Below, piece by piece: positions 37,244 to 46,195 of a DNA stretch of 47,457 nt; the first letter of the stretch is position 1; each line of letters starts with the position of its first letter. The position numbers were made by a program, and so were the translations under genes. The notes below the pieces were generated by a model, which did no database searches, was not told the origin of the DNA, and was given only the letters and a program-made list of their open reading frames with translations. The stretch comes from a virus (lineage: Duplodnaviria; Caudoviricetes): IMG/VR virus record IMGVR_UViG_3300027683_000007, positions 1 to 47,457 of that record. One strand, 5' to 3'.

Positions 37244-37244
37244 A

Positions 37245-37267
37245 GTTTATTAAATTTTTTAATTAAC
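37245..37267. repeat. 23-bp dispersed palindrome copy
   Basis: GTTTATTAAATTTTTTAATTAAC. Confidence 0.9.
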
Positions 37268-37268
37268 T

Positions 37269-38174
37269 TTAAGCCATATTAAGTGTTACTGCACTTCTAT
37301 TTCCACTTGAATCTACTGTCATAGATATACGATTAAGTGAGTTTGCTTGATTTCTAAACACTACAGTAGCAGTACCACCACCAGAAGCTCTACCACAAAC
37401 ATAGGCGATTAACAATCTCATTGCCTGGCGAAGAGTGATAGTCCCTTCAACATCCTCATCAAGAATCAGATCTACAGTTGGCAAGGATCCAATGGCAAGT
37501 GACACCGCATCAAGTTGATCACTTAATGTCTCAAGCGTATCACTATCTGCACCAGTACGAGCTACAGATGTAGCTCCAGTGTCTACAGACTTCAATGGAA
37601 ATGCAGTGGACTCATCAAATTTTGCACTTGTAATAGCATCATCTGCAAGAGTCATAGCTGAACCAACTGCAGCTGGTGATAAAGGAAGATTATCAGTCTT
37701 AAGTTTGATTGCATCAACTATACCATCAACAGTGTCAATCTTACCATCTAAGGTAGTGCCAGTATCAGTTAAGATATCATCAACTTTACCATTAATAGTA
37801 ATGGCATAAGCAAGAGCTCCAGAAGCTCTTTGAAGTGAAAATGAAGCAAGGACTTTAACAACTATTTCACCATCAATAGTTTCATCAGGACTTAAGATAA
37901 CAAAGTACTCATTTCCATCTTCCCAGAACCCTATATCACCAGTATCGTTAGAAGTATCTATCCTTAGTTGATGAAGACCGACTATAGAATCAAAGGGACT
38001 TGTCATAGTCAGGCCATTTGTAGATGATTTCTGAGTGGCTGAATTACCCTTATATATAATTATATCACCTGACTCAAGAGCACTTGAAGGAGCTACTGCT
38101 GCACCTTCCTTATCATGAGTAGTGAAAAACACAACAATCTCAGAGTCTTCTTTAAAATCACCTAAGTAATTCAT
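37269..38174 (-). CDS. Putative fibre/structural protein
   Basis: Beta-rich N-domain, KVDDI/KIDTVD/KTDNLP coiled segment, C-terminal TLRQAMR...VFRN..RISMTVD..GNRS. Confidence 0.6.
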   Translation of the reverse strand: MNYLGDFKEDSEIVVFFTTHDKEGAAVAPSSALESGDIIIYKGNSATQKSSTNGLTMTSPFDSIVGLHQLRIDTSNDTGDIGFWEDGNEYFVILSPDETIDGEIVVKVLASFSLQRASGALAYAITINGKVDDILTDTGTTLDGKIDTVDGIVDAIKLKTDNLPLSPAAVGSAMTLADDAITSAKFDESTAFPLKSVDTGATSVARTGADSDTLETLSDQLDAVSLAIGSLPTVDLILDEDVEGTITLRQAMRLLIAYVCGRASGGGTATVVFRNQANSLNRISMTVDSSGNRSAVTLNMA

Positions 38175-38416
38175 TGAACTAGTCTCCCAGACAAAATAGA
38201 CTCATTGATTAGCTTACCACTAACTAACACACCAATCACAGGTGCTAAGGTTGTAGGTAATAAAGTTGTAGGTGCTAAAGTTGTTGGCGCCAGTGTCGTT
38301 GGTGCTAACGTAGTCGGCGCTAGTGTTGTAGGAGCTACTGTTGTCGGAGCGACAGTAGTAGATACTATTCCACTAGGCTGATAAAGTAAAGATGCGTATT
38401 GAGTTAAGAAACTCAT
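38171..38416 (-). CDS. Small mucin-like protein (TT(L/V)(A/L)P x8)
   Basis: Protein-level repeat with diverged synonymous codons; overlaps the next gene by 4 nt. Confidence 0.7.
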   Translation of the reverse strand: MSFLTQYASLLYQPSGIVSTTVAPTTVAPTTLAPTTLAPTTLAPTTLAPTTLLPTTLAPVIGVLVSGKLINESILSGRLVQ

Positions 38417-38417
38417 C

Positions 38418-38747
38418 TTATGAGATCTTTAACAGATTCCAGTCAAAGTTTCTACCAGTGCCAGCTGTCTGAGTCAGTGTACAGATCAGCTCAGTATCAA
38501 TAGGTACAGGAGCTGAATAGACATTAGGCTCTATCTGTTCATGGCTGAAGATCCGCTCAAAGGCAAGTCTGGAGGTCTTACCTGAAGCCACCTTTGTCTT
38601 CATTCTTAATGTCAAGTAATCTCCAAGAGCCATGTTTGATAGATCTACAACTAACACATAGACAGCTGCTGTAGTCTCTGTATCAAGCGTATGCTCAGTA
38701 CCAATGACTGCTAATTGAGTTGCTGATCCTACACTAGCGACTGACAT
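38418..38747 (-). CDS. Beta-sandwich structural protein
   Basis: AAGGAG before ATG 38747; YVLVVDLSNM, LTQTAGTGRNFDW. Confidence 0.6.
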   Translation of the reverse strand: MSVASVGSATQLAVIGTEHTLDTETTAAVYVLVVDLSNMALGDYLTLRMKTKVASGKTSRLAFERIFSHEQIEPNVYSAPVPIDTELICTLTQTAGTGRNFDWNLLKIS

Positions 38748-38757
38748 GGTAGACTCC

Positions 38758-39555
38758 TTAATAAAGTCCAAATAAAGTTACATAAGCTTCTCTGCCAGCT
38801 GAAGCAGATGAGCAGATAGCTGCAGCAGATATTCTTGTTCCAGCCTTTATACTGATAGGTAACATCCAAGGATAAGCTTGGGCTCCATAATCATTTTGTC
38901 CATCAGCTCCAATAACACCCTTAAGTCCTATATCAACTTCACTCCCAGCAGCACCTATAGCTATTTTAACTCTACGAGTCGCAACACGTCCAAAAGTAAA
39001 TGTGGGAAGAGCCATCAGCATTAGAGCCTTATAATTGTTAGCTGAAGAAGCCACCAGTTCAGTATAAGCTCCCCAAGTATTAGCTACTCCACCTGGATCT
39101 ACACTAGTACCTCTTGATGATCCAGATACTGTACCTATAGTATCACAGACTCTATAGGACTCAAACAAAGTATCATATTTAAAAGTTGTAATACCTATAT
39201 ATTTTTTAGAAAGTTTATAATCAGACTGACATCTAAAGGCTACCCTCACACCTTTCTTAAGTCTCATTGGAAAAGGAATTGTGTAAACTCCAGCAGCATC
39301 TAGAGCTATGCCTAATATAGGTATATCTGCTATTATTATTTTTTCACTACCAGCTGCTCCAATAGCCATATCTATTAAATATCTTTGATTATAGTTAACA
39401 TAATCATGTCTGATGAAGAAGAATGAAGTATTTTCAGATAATGAAGCAGTTAGTTGAGCATAGTTTCCCTTAGAATTATTACTGTTTGGAGCAACAACTT
39501 CAACTGTACCACTATAATCATATACAAGTTCATTAAGTATTGGAAAGTCGCCCAT
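38758..39555 (-). CDS. Structural protein with two tandem beta-sandwich repeats (paralog of 39555-40355)
   Basis: GAAGSE and K.G.R motifs occur twice. Confidence 0.7.
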   Translation of the reverse strand: MGDFPILNELVYDYSGTVEVVAPNSNNSKGNYAQLTASLSENTSFFFIRHDYVNYNQRYLIDMAIGAAGSEKIIIADIPILGIALDAAGVYTIPFPMRLKKGVRVAFRCQSDYKLSKKYIGITTFKYDTLFESYRVCDTIGTVSGSSRGTSVDPGGVANTWGAYTELVASSANNYKALMLMALPTFTFGRVATRRVKIAIGAAGSEVDIGLKGVIGADGQNDYGAQAYPWMLPISIKAGTRISAAAICSSASAGREAYVTLFGLY

Positions 39556-40355
39556 TAGGATAACCCATATAAGACTACATCAATTAGTCTATCAGTCGCA
39601 TCAGTTGTACCAGATTGAGACCTTGCAGCTATTCTTGTACCACTCTTTATCTTCACAGGTATAACTGCTGTTAGACCAGATACAGCTGTTACTATAGCTG
39701 CACCTTGTTCATTTACAACAGCAATAGCAACTTCACTTCCTGCAGCTCCAATTCCTATACCTATATTAAAGAATGCATTAGCTCTTGCATTATTAGTTTG
39801 ATTACCCATACCTATTATCAAAGCCTTGTGATTCTCAGGAGACGATGCAGATAGCTCAGAGTAACCTCCCCAAGTCCATGCTGACCCACCACTGTCTAGG
39901 CTAAGTCCACCACTGTCAGCTGAAGCAGCTCCGTAGGTTAATACTTTAGAATAAGTTGGAATCCTAGTATCGAAGTTAATCAAGCTAAAATGCACATCAA
40001 CTGTTGCACCACCAGTCGATGATTGGACTCTGCATGCTATCCTAGTCCCAGCTTTAATAAATATAGGAAAGTGTACTGCAGACAATGATCTTCTAGTGTA
40101 GGTAGCTCCACTAATTATAATATCTGCAACTACTATCTGCTCACTACCAGCAGCACCAAAAGCCAGGTCTAGTAAATAATCTGCATCATTACTAACATAC
40201 TCCATATTTAATACAAGTCCACAAGCATTTACACTTGTAGAAGCCCAAACTTGAGAATAATTTCCTTTAGTGTTGGCCGAAGCATTAGCTGTAAAAGTGA
40301 CAGTAGTACTGTCAAAATTTCCAGCTGTAAGAGGTCTATGTGGCCAAACAGTCAT
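39555..40355 (-). CDS. Structural protein with two tandem beta-sandwich repeats
   Basis: GAAGSE and IK(A/S)GTRIA motifs occur twice. Confidence 0.7.
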   Translation of the reverse strand: MTVWPHRPLTAGNFDSTTVTFTANASANTKGNYSQVWASTSVNACGLVLNMEYVSNDADYLLDLAFGAAGSEQIVVADIIISGATYTRRSLSAVHFPIFIKAGTRIACRVQSSTGGATVDVHFSLINFDTRIPTYSKVLTYGAASADSGGLSLDSGGSAWTWGGYSELSASSPENHKALIIGMGNQTNNARANAFFNIGIGIGAAGSEVAIAVVNEQGAAIVTAVSGLTAVIPVKIKSGTRIAARSQSGTTDATDRLIDVVLYGLS

Positions 40356-40365
40356 TATTAATCCA

Positions 40366-40388
40366 GTTAATTAAAAAATTTAATTGTC
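40366..40388. repeat. 23-bp dispersed palindrome copy
   Basis: GTTAATTAAAAAATTTAATTGTC. Confidence 0.9.
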
Positions 40389-40790
40389 TTTTATCTTACT
40401 AATACTAATACTAGTCCTAGCATCAGTAATTCCTCTAACATACCCACTCAAATCACCTATCAATTCCCTAAGTCTTCTAAATTCAGCTTGGTTAATATTG
40501 TCCCTTTGTTCAAGTATTCCCTTTATATCCTTTATATCCTCTTTAAGTGTCATTATACTTGATGATAACTGATCTGAGGTCAATTTGGCTTCCTTCACAG
40601 CTAATGCTGCATCTCTTACTACTCTTTCGTGATCTGGACATCTTTTAAGAAGACATTCCTGACCTTCAGTTATATCTTCTTTACACTTCTTCCCAAATAC
40701 CAATAGTCCTAATTTATGTAAGACTAAGAGTATAGTACCAACTATTGTCAGTATACCTACTATGAGCTCTGGGCTTAATGTAAAGGTCAT
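40380..40790 (-). CDS. Membrane-anchored coiled-coil protein (possibly lysis-related)
   Basis: N-terminal TM helix, C-terminal heptads. Confidence 0.55.
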   Translation of the reverse strand: MTFTLSPELIVGILTIVGTILLVLHKLGLLVFGKKCKEDITEGQECLLKRCPDHERVVRDAALAVKEAKLTSDQLSSSIMTLKEDIKDIKGILEQRDNINQAEFRRLRELIGDLSGYVRGITDARTSISISKIKDN

Positions 40791-42328
40791 TAAGCAGCTC
40801 TCCAGTTTTCCAAAGGCTCCTCATAGTCAAGTTCCTTATACTCAGCTTCTGAATCCTCTGGATCAACAACAGGAGCGAAGTATCTCTCTCCAAGTTCCAG
40901 CATCTCAATGATATAAGCTAAGCAGTCCATAAGATCCCATAAAGCAGATCTTGGAAACATCATAAGTTGTGACTCAAGTCGCTTGATAGTTGCACAAGAA
41001 GCATTGTGATAGATATAACCCATTCTATAATAAGGTACAAGCTCCTTAATTCGAAGTTCTTTCTTCATCCCTCCTCTAGCATTTAACCAGACGAGTTCAA
41101 AGAACTTTCCACGCTTGAACATCTCATTTTTAATAGGTTGTTTGATAAACTCGTTTAGTGATGTGACTTCAACTCCAACAACTTTCGCATTAAGATTAAT
41201 AGCCATTCCGAATAAGGCTGAGTATATCTCATCAGGATACATCTTCTCAGATATAGCATCTCTGACATAAAGTCTTGCATTTCTAAGATCTATTCCTATG
41301 CCAACAATAGCACTTTCAGCTGAATGGATCTTAACGGTCTTGGCAGGGTCAAGAATTACTACTGTCTCAATATACTTATCACACTGAACATCTGGATCAG
41401 TAAGTTTTAAGTCTGAATCTGACTTAGGATGTTCTAGAGGCATGCTGTAGTAATGAAAGTATTCCTTTCTAAATATCGCATCTTTTGTTGATACAGGTAG
41501 GTTTCTTAACTCTCTAAAAAATACATCAGTTTGACCAGCACCTTGGTGCTCTTCCCACTCCTTCATTATATCTTCATCAGACATAAAGTCAGGTGCAGTT
41601 GATTTGAAGTTATCATCGCACGCTTCAAGACGAAGTCCATCCCACTCAGGAGAATTAAGTAGTTTCTGTAACACAGAGTCTTCATGCTTAAGTGTATCGA
41701 TGTAGACTATCTTCCAATTTCTATGTAGTCTAGGAACTGCCTTAATCACATCTGCATAAAGCCACTGATACCAGCCTTTGCGAATCTCCTCATTCTCGAT
41801 AGATTCAGGGTCTTCTAAATCATCAATGATTATAAGTCCTGGTCGATCATTCTTGAATAAGACTCCACGGACTTGCTGACCAGCACCTCTTGGCCATACG
41901 AGTGTGTCATAAGCTACCCAAGCTTTCTTGCTGAATACTTCCTCAAACTCATGTTGTTTGACATCTCGCTGTTTGAAGTCTCCGAAGTAGTGCTTAATCA
42001 TCTTATTGGTCACTAACTCACGTCGTAGATTTTCAGTCTGAAGTGATGCTGCATCATGAGATTTATTGATATAGCAGATAAAGTTAGTGTGGTGAAATAA
42101 GATGTACCTAGCCATGAGAGCAAGAGCTACGATAGAGGTCTTTCCCCAACCTCGAGGAGCCGCAATAGCATTCTTGTTACTAGGGCTATCTATTTTTTCA
42201 AATATCTTCCCATGCACTTCTTCAGCAAATGGAAGTGTAAAGCGCTCAGGGAAAAAGGTCTTAGCACATGCCCTTGTATTTACAGAGCATACTGATAAGA
42301 TCTTTTGTATTTCAGGGTCTTGTTCCAT
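40790..42328 (-). CDS. terL: Terminase large subunit
   Basis: AAPRGWGKTS, QVRG..RPGLIIIDDLED, nuclease LDPA, GVE, LMMFPRSALWDLMDCLAY. Confidence 0.93.
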   Translation of the reverse strand: MEQDPEIQKILSVCSVNTRACAKTFFPERFTLPFAEEVHGKIFEKIDSPSNKNAIAAPRGWGKTSIVALALMARYILFHHTNFICYINKSHDAASLQTENLRRELVTNKMIKHYFGDFKQRDVKQHEFEEVFSKKAWVAYDTLVWPRGAGQQVRGVLFKNDRPGLIIIDDLEDPESIENEEIRKGWYQWLYADVIKAVPRLHRNWKIVYIDTLKHEDSVLQKLLNSPEWDGLRLEACDDNFKSTAPDFMSDEDIMKEWEEHQGAGQTDVFFRELRNLPVSTKDAIFRKEYFHYYSMPLEHPKSDSDLKLTDPDVQCDKYIETVVILDPAKTVKIHSAESAIVGIGIDLRNARLYVRDAISEKMYPDEIYSALFGMAINLNAKVVGVEVTSLNEFIKQPIKNEMFKRGKFFELVWLNARGGMKKELRIKELVPYYRMGYIYHNASCATIKRLESQLMMFPRSALWDLMDCLAYIIEMLELGERYFAPVVDPEDSEAEYKELDYEEPLENWRAA

Positions 42329-42329
42329 A

Positions 42330-42352
42330 GTCAGTTAAAAAATTTAAGTAAC
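42330..42352. repeat. 23-bp dispersed palindrome copy
   Basis: GTCAGTTAAAAAATTTAAGTAAC. Confidence 0.85.
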
Positions 42353-43315
42353 TTCCCAAGGTTTAATAGATATTAATTCTTCGTAGCTATACTTCTTCAC
42401 ACTCATCAACCACTCATACTCAGCTTTACCTACCTCTACAGCTTTCTTCCAATAGTCATCTACTTTTATCTTATGTCTATTAGTAAATTGAGTTTCTCCT
42501 AGCTTAGCCATCTCATATCCATGCTTTTCTCCAGCTATTACCATATATGAGGCTAGGACTCCAAAGCCATGAGGATAGTTCCCATTTGATGTGTAGACCC
42601 TATATTTATACTGTCCAAGATTAATGATTTCCTGAGTATAAGGTCCTATGTGGATGATAGGATCTGTAGATATAGCCCAATTCTCATATCCCATCATAAG
42701 GGATTTAACTTGCTGTATGGTCTCAGCTCCACCCCAGGATAGCATAGAATTAGCATGAGTCCCATAACCTTTAAGTGTGTCAAGATACCAATCTCTTCTA
42801 CAAATCCAGGGCATGAACTTCCAGTACATCTTTCTTTGCTCTCTATAAGCCGTATCCCAGCCTCCATTAGGTAGGCCAGTAGGACTTACTTTGAGTGAGT
42901 GCTTTTGTCCAGCATCTCCTTGATGCGCCCAACGAATTGGAGGATGGCCAAATCCAAGGGACTCATCATCTTTATGCGAGTCCATAAAAGCAATAGAATC
43001 TTTAAGGGTGTTATGACCAAAGATAACATGAGAGTCCACACAGAATATATATTCTCCCTTAGCTTCCTTTGCAGCTGTCATTCTAGCGCTAGTAAAGCAG
43101 GGAAAGTCTTGTTTGATTATCTTGACAAGTTTAGACTTCACCCAACCATTAGGACAAGCGACTGGTAGGAGTTTACTAAACTTATCATCCGAGTTATCAC
43201 AGATAACTACTTCAGCTTTGCAGTCTAATGACTTAAATGATTCTAAGCAACTATTCAAAGTCACATTTAGCATCACTAGGTCATTTCTATTACTTATGAT
43301 AACTGATAGTTTCAT
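42344..43315 (-). CDS. GT-A glycosyltransferase (GT2/GT27 polypeptide-GalNAc-transferase-like)
   Basis: LSVIISNRN, EVVICDN, SARMTAAKEAKGEYIFCVDSH, MLSWGGAE...IIHIG. Confidence 0.85.
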   Translation of the reverse strand: MKLSVIISNRNDLVMLNVTLNSCLESFKSLDCKAEVVICDNSDDKFSKLLPVACPNGWVKSKLVKIIKQDFPCFTSARMTAAKEAKGEYIFCVDSHVIFGHNTLKDSIAFMDSHKDDESLGFGHPPIRWAHQGDAGQKHSLKVSPTGLPNGGWDTAYREQRKMYWKFMPWICRRDWYLDTLKGYGTHANSMLSWGGAETIQQVKSLMMGYENWAISTDPIIHIGPYTQEIINLGQYKYRVYTSNGNYPHGFGVLASYMVIAGEKHGYEMAKLGETQFTNRHKIKVDDYWKKAVEVGKAEYEWLMSVKKYSYEELISIKPWEVT

Positions 43316-43942
43316 TTAATTCTTTCTTTCTAACAAGTAAATAACTTTAACACGATCTTTAGAAAGTTTATAAAACTTTGTAGTTAATGAATAATTAGGA
43401 AACATCTTATAAATTTTCCTAGTCATCTTACTAAATGACTGCCAGTTCATTCTAAAGTTATTTTCTTTACCTCTAGTAAATCTGTACGATTCAGGTTCAT
43501 TGTCACCTACTATGAAACTATTAATATCAAAAGCTATTTTCTTAACATTAAGCTGTTTTATCTTATCTAATATCTTATCCTGCTCTTCATTTGTAAGATG
43601 AATGAGAACTGCAGAACATAGTATAGAATCCTTCTCATAAAACTTCTCAAGTGAATCTTCAACTATGTTATGTAGAAAGATATCATGTTTAGGAAATCTA
43701 TCCTTAATCCTCTGAACCATGTCTGGAGATGAGTCCAGGCCAGTGTAATTATCTATATAATCTTCAAATTCATACTCAGTTAAATAATTTAAGAATCTTC
43801 CAAAACCACAGCCTAAGTCAATCCAACTATTACAATCTTCTATTACAAATCTAAACATATCCTTAGAATACTCAGGAACAATCTGTCCCCAGGTACTCTC
43901 AGCCCTTTCAACTTCTATTTTAGACCAGTTGTTGACTTGCAT
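43316..43942 (-). CDS. Class I SAM-dependent methyltransferase
   Basis: IDLGCGFGR, YTGLDSSPDM, SAVLIHL; start likely ATG 43942. Confidence 0.85.
   Translation of the reverse strand: MQVNNWSKIEVERAESTWGQIVPEYSKDMFRFVIEDCNSWIDLGCGFGRFLNYLTEYEFEDYIDNYTGLDSSPDMVQRIKDRFPKHDIFLHNIVEDSLEKFYEKDSILCSAVLIHLTNEEQDKILDKIKQLNVKKIAFDINSFIVGDNEPESYRFTRGKENNFRMNWQSFSKMTRKIYKMFPNYSLTTKFYKLSKDRVKVIYLLERKN
43775..43797. repeat. Degenerate 23-bp palindrome copy (inside the methyltransferase gene)
   Basis: CTCAGTTAAATAATTTAAGAATC. Confidence 0.45.
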
Positions 43943-44750
43943 AGTTCTTCCTATACCATTGAAATGTAGAATAGATACCTTCTTCCAAGTCAATAGATGT
44001 TATTATATCAGTCTTTGCTTCAGCAGACTTAACTTCTCCATCTATAGCAGATCCATGAATGATAGTAGGTTTATAATTTAAGATCGATTCTGACATTCTA
44101 GAGATTATTTCAGCTAAAGATTCAATAGAAGTTAACTCTCCACTAGCTATATAACCTTCTTTACCTCTCAAGATTGCATCTACTACATCAGCTACGTAGA
44201 TAAAGTCTCTATGCTGAGAGCCATCACCATAGATAATCATAGGCTCTTTGTTGATACAGTTCTTAATAAACGCATGGATTACGCTAGATTTATGTATAGA
44301 ATATGGTCCATAGACACTTGAAAGCTTGAGGACCTTAATATCTAATCCATAAGCCTCTCTATATGCATTACAGAGTGCTTCACAGGCAAGTTTTGATGCA
44401 AGGTAGGGTGACTTTGATAGTTCTGAACTGGCTGAGGAGGTGAAGATTAAATGTTTGAATCTTTCAGACCTAAGTAAATCAAGACAGTTTATAAGACCTA
44501 AGCAGTTTTTTGTAAAAGTTTGTCTTGGATGAGCTATTGAACATCTAATATTCGTTTCTGCAGCTAAGTGTATTAGTATATTACCTTTAATTATTGGAAG
44601 AGGGTATGTGATATCTGCATAGAGGGCATCTAAGGACCATGGATATCTTGCACTATTGATGTCTATTACTCTAAATTCCCTATTAACCTTTGATAGGCTA
44701 AGGCAGAGATTAGTCCCTATAAATCCATGTCCTCCAGTTATCACACACAT
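43920..44750 (-). CDS. NAD-dependent nucleotide-sugar epimerase (extended SDR, GalE/WbpP-like)
   Basis: ITGGHGFIG, HLAA, FTSS, PYLASK, VYGP, YGDGSQHRDFIYV. Confidence 0.88.
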   Translation of the reverse strand: MCVITGGHGFIGTNLCLSLSKVNREFRVIDINSARYPWSLDALYADITYPLPIIKGNILIHLAAETNIRCSIAHPRQTFTKNCLGLINCLDLLRSERFKHLIFTSSASSELSKSPYLASKLACEALCNAYREAYGLDIKVLKLSSVYGPYSIHKSSVIHAFIKNCINKEPMIIYGDGSQHRDFIYVADVVDAILRGKEGYIASGELTSIESLAEIISRMSESILNYKPTIIHGSAIDGEVKSAEAKTDIITSIDLEEGIYSTFQWYRKNYASQQLV

Positions 44751-44753
44751 AGT

Positions 44754-44957
44754 TTAGGAGTCCTGCCAGAATATGGCGATTAAAGAGTAAACAACCACTA
44801 TTCCGCCTAGAATATTACTATACTGATCTTCGTTAATTTTAAATCCAGCAAGTGCAGCAAGCATAAGAAGACCTTTATAGGTACTAGGCTGCTGTAAGCT
44901 TTCTAGAACAAGATCAATCTTTGTCTTTGGCTTTGGACTAGTCATCTTATACTCCAT
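44754..44957 (-). CDS. Putative holin (two TM helices)
   Basis: QPSTYKGLLMLAALAG...ILGGIVVVYSLIAIFW. Confidence 0.55.
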   Translation of the reverse strand: MEYKMTSPKPKTKIDLVLESLQQPSTYKGLLMLAALAGFKINEDQYSNILGGIVVVYSLIAIFWQDS

Positions 44958-44958
44958 A

Positions 44959-44981
44959 GTTTATTAAAAAATTTAATTAAC
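44959..44981. repeat. 23-bp dispersed palindrome copy
   Basis: GTTTATTAAAAAATTTAATTAAC; fills almost the entire intergenic gap. Confidence 0.9.
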
Positions 44982-45410
44982 TTATTTCTCCTGCTCAAGA
45001 CCTCCTGGAAGTTTAGGAGATTGATAGTATGCGATTCCAAAAGCTACTCCACCAGCACAGTTGACTGGAACATCAGACCAGGCGATAGTAGACTCAGACA
45101 CCTTCTCACTTCCAACATATCGAACAGATTTAAATCCAACAAAGTATTTACCTTCAACTGTGAAAGTGAAAGTTTTACTGGTACCTGTAATTTCTCCTTC
45201 GTAAGGTGTACCTTCAGGAGCTGTAGAAAGCTTGATGTAAGGCTGATATTTAATGGTAGAGTCAGGAGGAATAGGAGATCCATCTTCAAGCTCTGTCGTA
45301 GCAGTCCACTTAACTGTTTTCTGATTAGCAGTGTACCAAACCTGAGAGAACACTGGAGTTGCAATTAGAAACATCGCCAAGATCACATACACCAAGTACT
45401 TTCTAATCAT
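44982..45410 (-). CDS. Secreted fibronectin-III-like protein
   Basis: Signal peptide (VFS/Q), TVKW..Y..EGKYFVG..SES; C-terminal PKLPGGL. Confidence 0.6.
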   Translation of the reverse strand: MIRKYLVYVILAMFLIATPVFSQVWYTANQKTVKWTATTELEDGSPIPPDSTIKYQPYIKLSTAPEGTPYEGEITGTSKTFTFTVEGKYFVGFKSVRYVGSEKVSESTIAWSDVPVNCAGGVAFGIAYYQSPKLPGGLEQEK

Positions 45411-45952
45411 CTCACACCTTCCTCAAGTTGTTTAAATCCAGCTTCTTTAATCGCCTCTAGCCCTCGCCTCTTGAAATCATCTATTTCTTCAACAGTCGCA
45501 TACGCATGAAGTGATCGAGTATCGACTTTGGTCGGAGCTCTCATTCCAGCGATGTCTAATGTCACAGTGTCAGCTGCACTCTTTCTCAATACAGGGTCTA
45601 TCCCAGGAGACTCAAATAACTTCCTATATACATCTAAAGCTTTCAAAGTTAACTCTTTAACTTGCTCTCCTACCTTAACATAGTGTTCATCTCTCTCACC
45701 TCTAAGATCTGATAATTTTTCCTTACCAAGCGTCGAGTTTAGTGTATTACTTACAGTCTGAGGAGTGATGTTAAGGATCTTAGCTATCTCCGTATTCTTC
45801 ATCCCTTGCACTGCAAGACCTAGAATCTCATGCGATCGCTGCCAAAGTTGCTTAATGTCATGAGAGTGTTCCCGTCCTGATCTACGATTATCTATATCCC
45901 TCACCTCAAATCCATAAAGAGATAGTTGAGTCTGGGAACTTTCTCTGTCCAT
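45407..45952 (-). CDS. Putative terminase small subunit with HTH
   Basis: GMKNTEIAKILNITPQTVSNTLNS; first gene of the late block; start likely ATG 45952. Confidence 0.6.
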   Translation of the reverse strand: MDRESSQTQLSLYGFEVRDIDNRRSGREHSHDIKQLWQRSHEILGLAVQGMKNTEIAKILNITPQTVSNTLNSTLGKEKLSDLRGERDEHYVKVGEQVKELTLKALDVYRKLFESPGIDPVLRKSAADTVTLDIAGMRAPTKVDTRSLHAYATVEEIDDFKRRGLEAIKEAGFKQLEEGVR

Positions 45953-45998
45953 TACTTCATCTTTCCTAATCAAGTATTTAACTTATAGTTAAAATTTA

Positions 45999-46027
45999 AT
46001 AATATCAGTAGTAATATTGTCTGTCAA
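45999..46027 (-). promoter_or_regulatory. sigma70-type promoter for the late block
   Basis: On the - strand: TTGACA-17 bp-TATTAT with extended TG. Confidence 0.75.
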
Positions 46028-46109
46028 GTTATATCTTTATTAATTATCTATAACTAGTAGTTTCTAACTATAGATCCAAAGGTGGATCGACAGGATCGAT
46101 AGTATCTTA

Positions 46110-46132
46110 GACCCTTAAATTATTTAATAATC
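46110..46132. repeat. Degenerate 23-bp palindrome copy
   Basis: GACCCTTAAATTATTTAATAATC. Confidence 0.55.
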
Positions 46133-46151
46133 TTATCTAATATCTAATATC

Positions 46152-46195
46152 ACGGACCACTCTACGGATCACGGACTACGGACCTTGCTACGGAC
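46152..46195 (+). repeat. Five ACGGA(C/T) direct repeats
   Basis: Starts at 46152, 46164, 46171, 46178, 46190. Confidence 0.8.
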
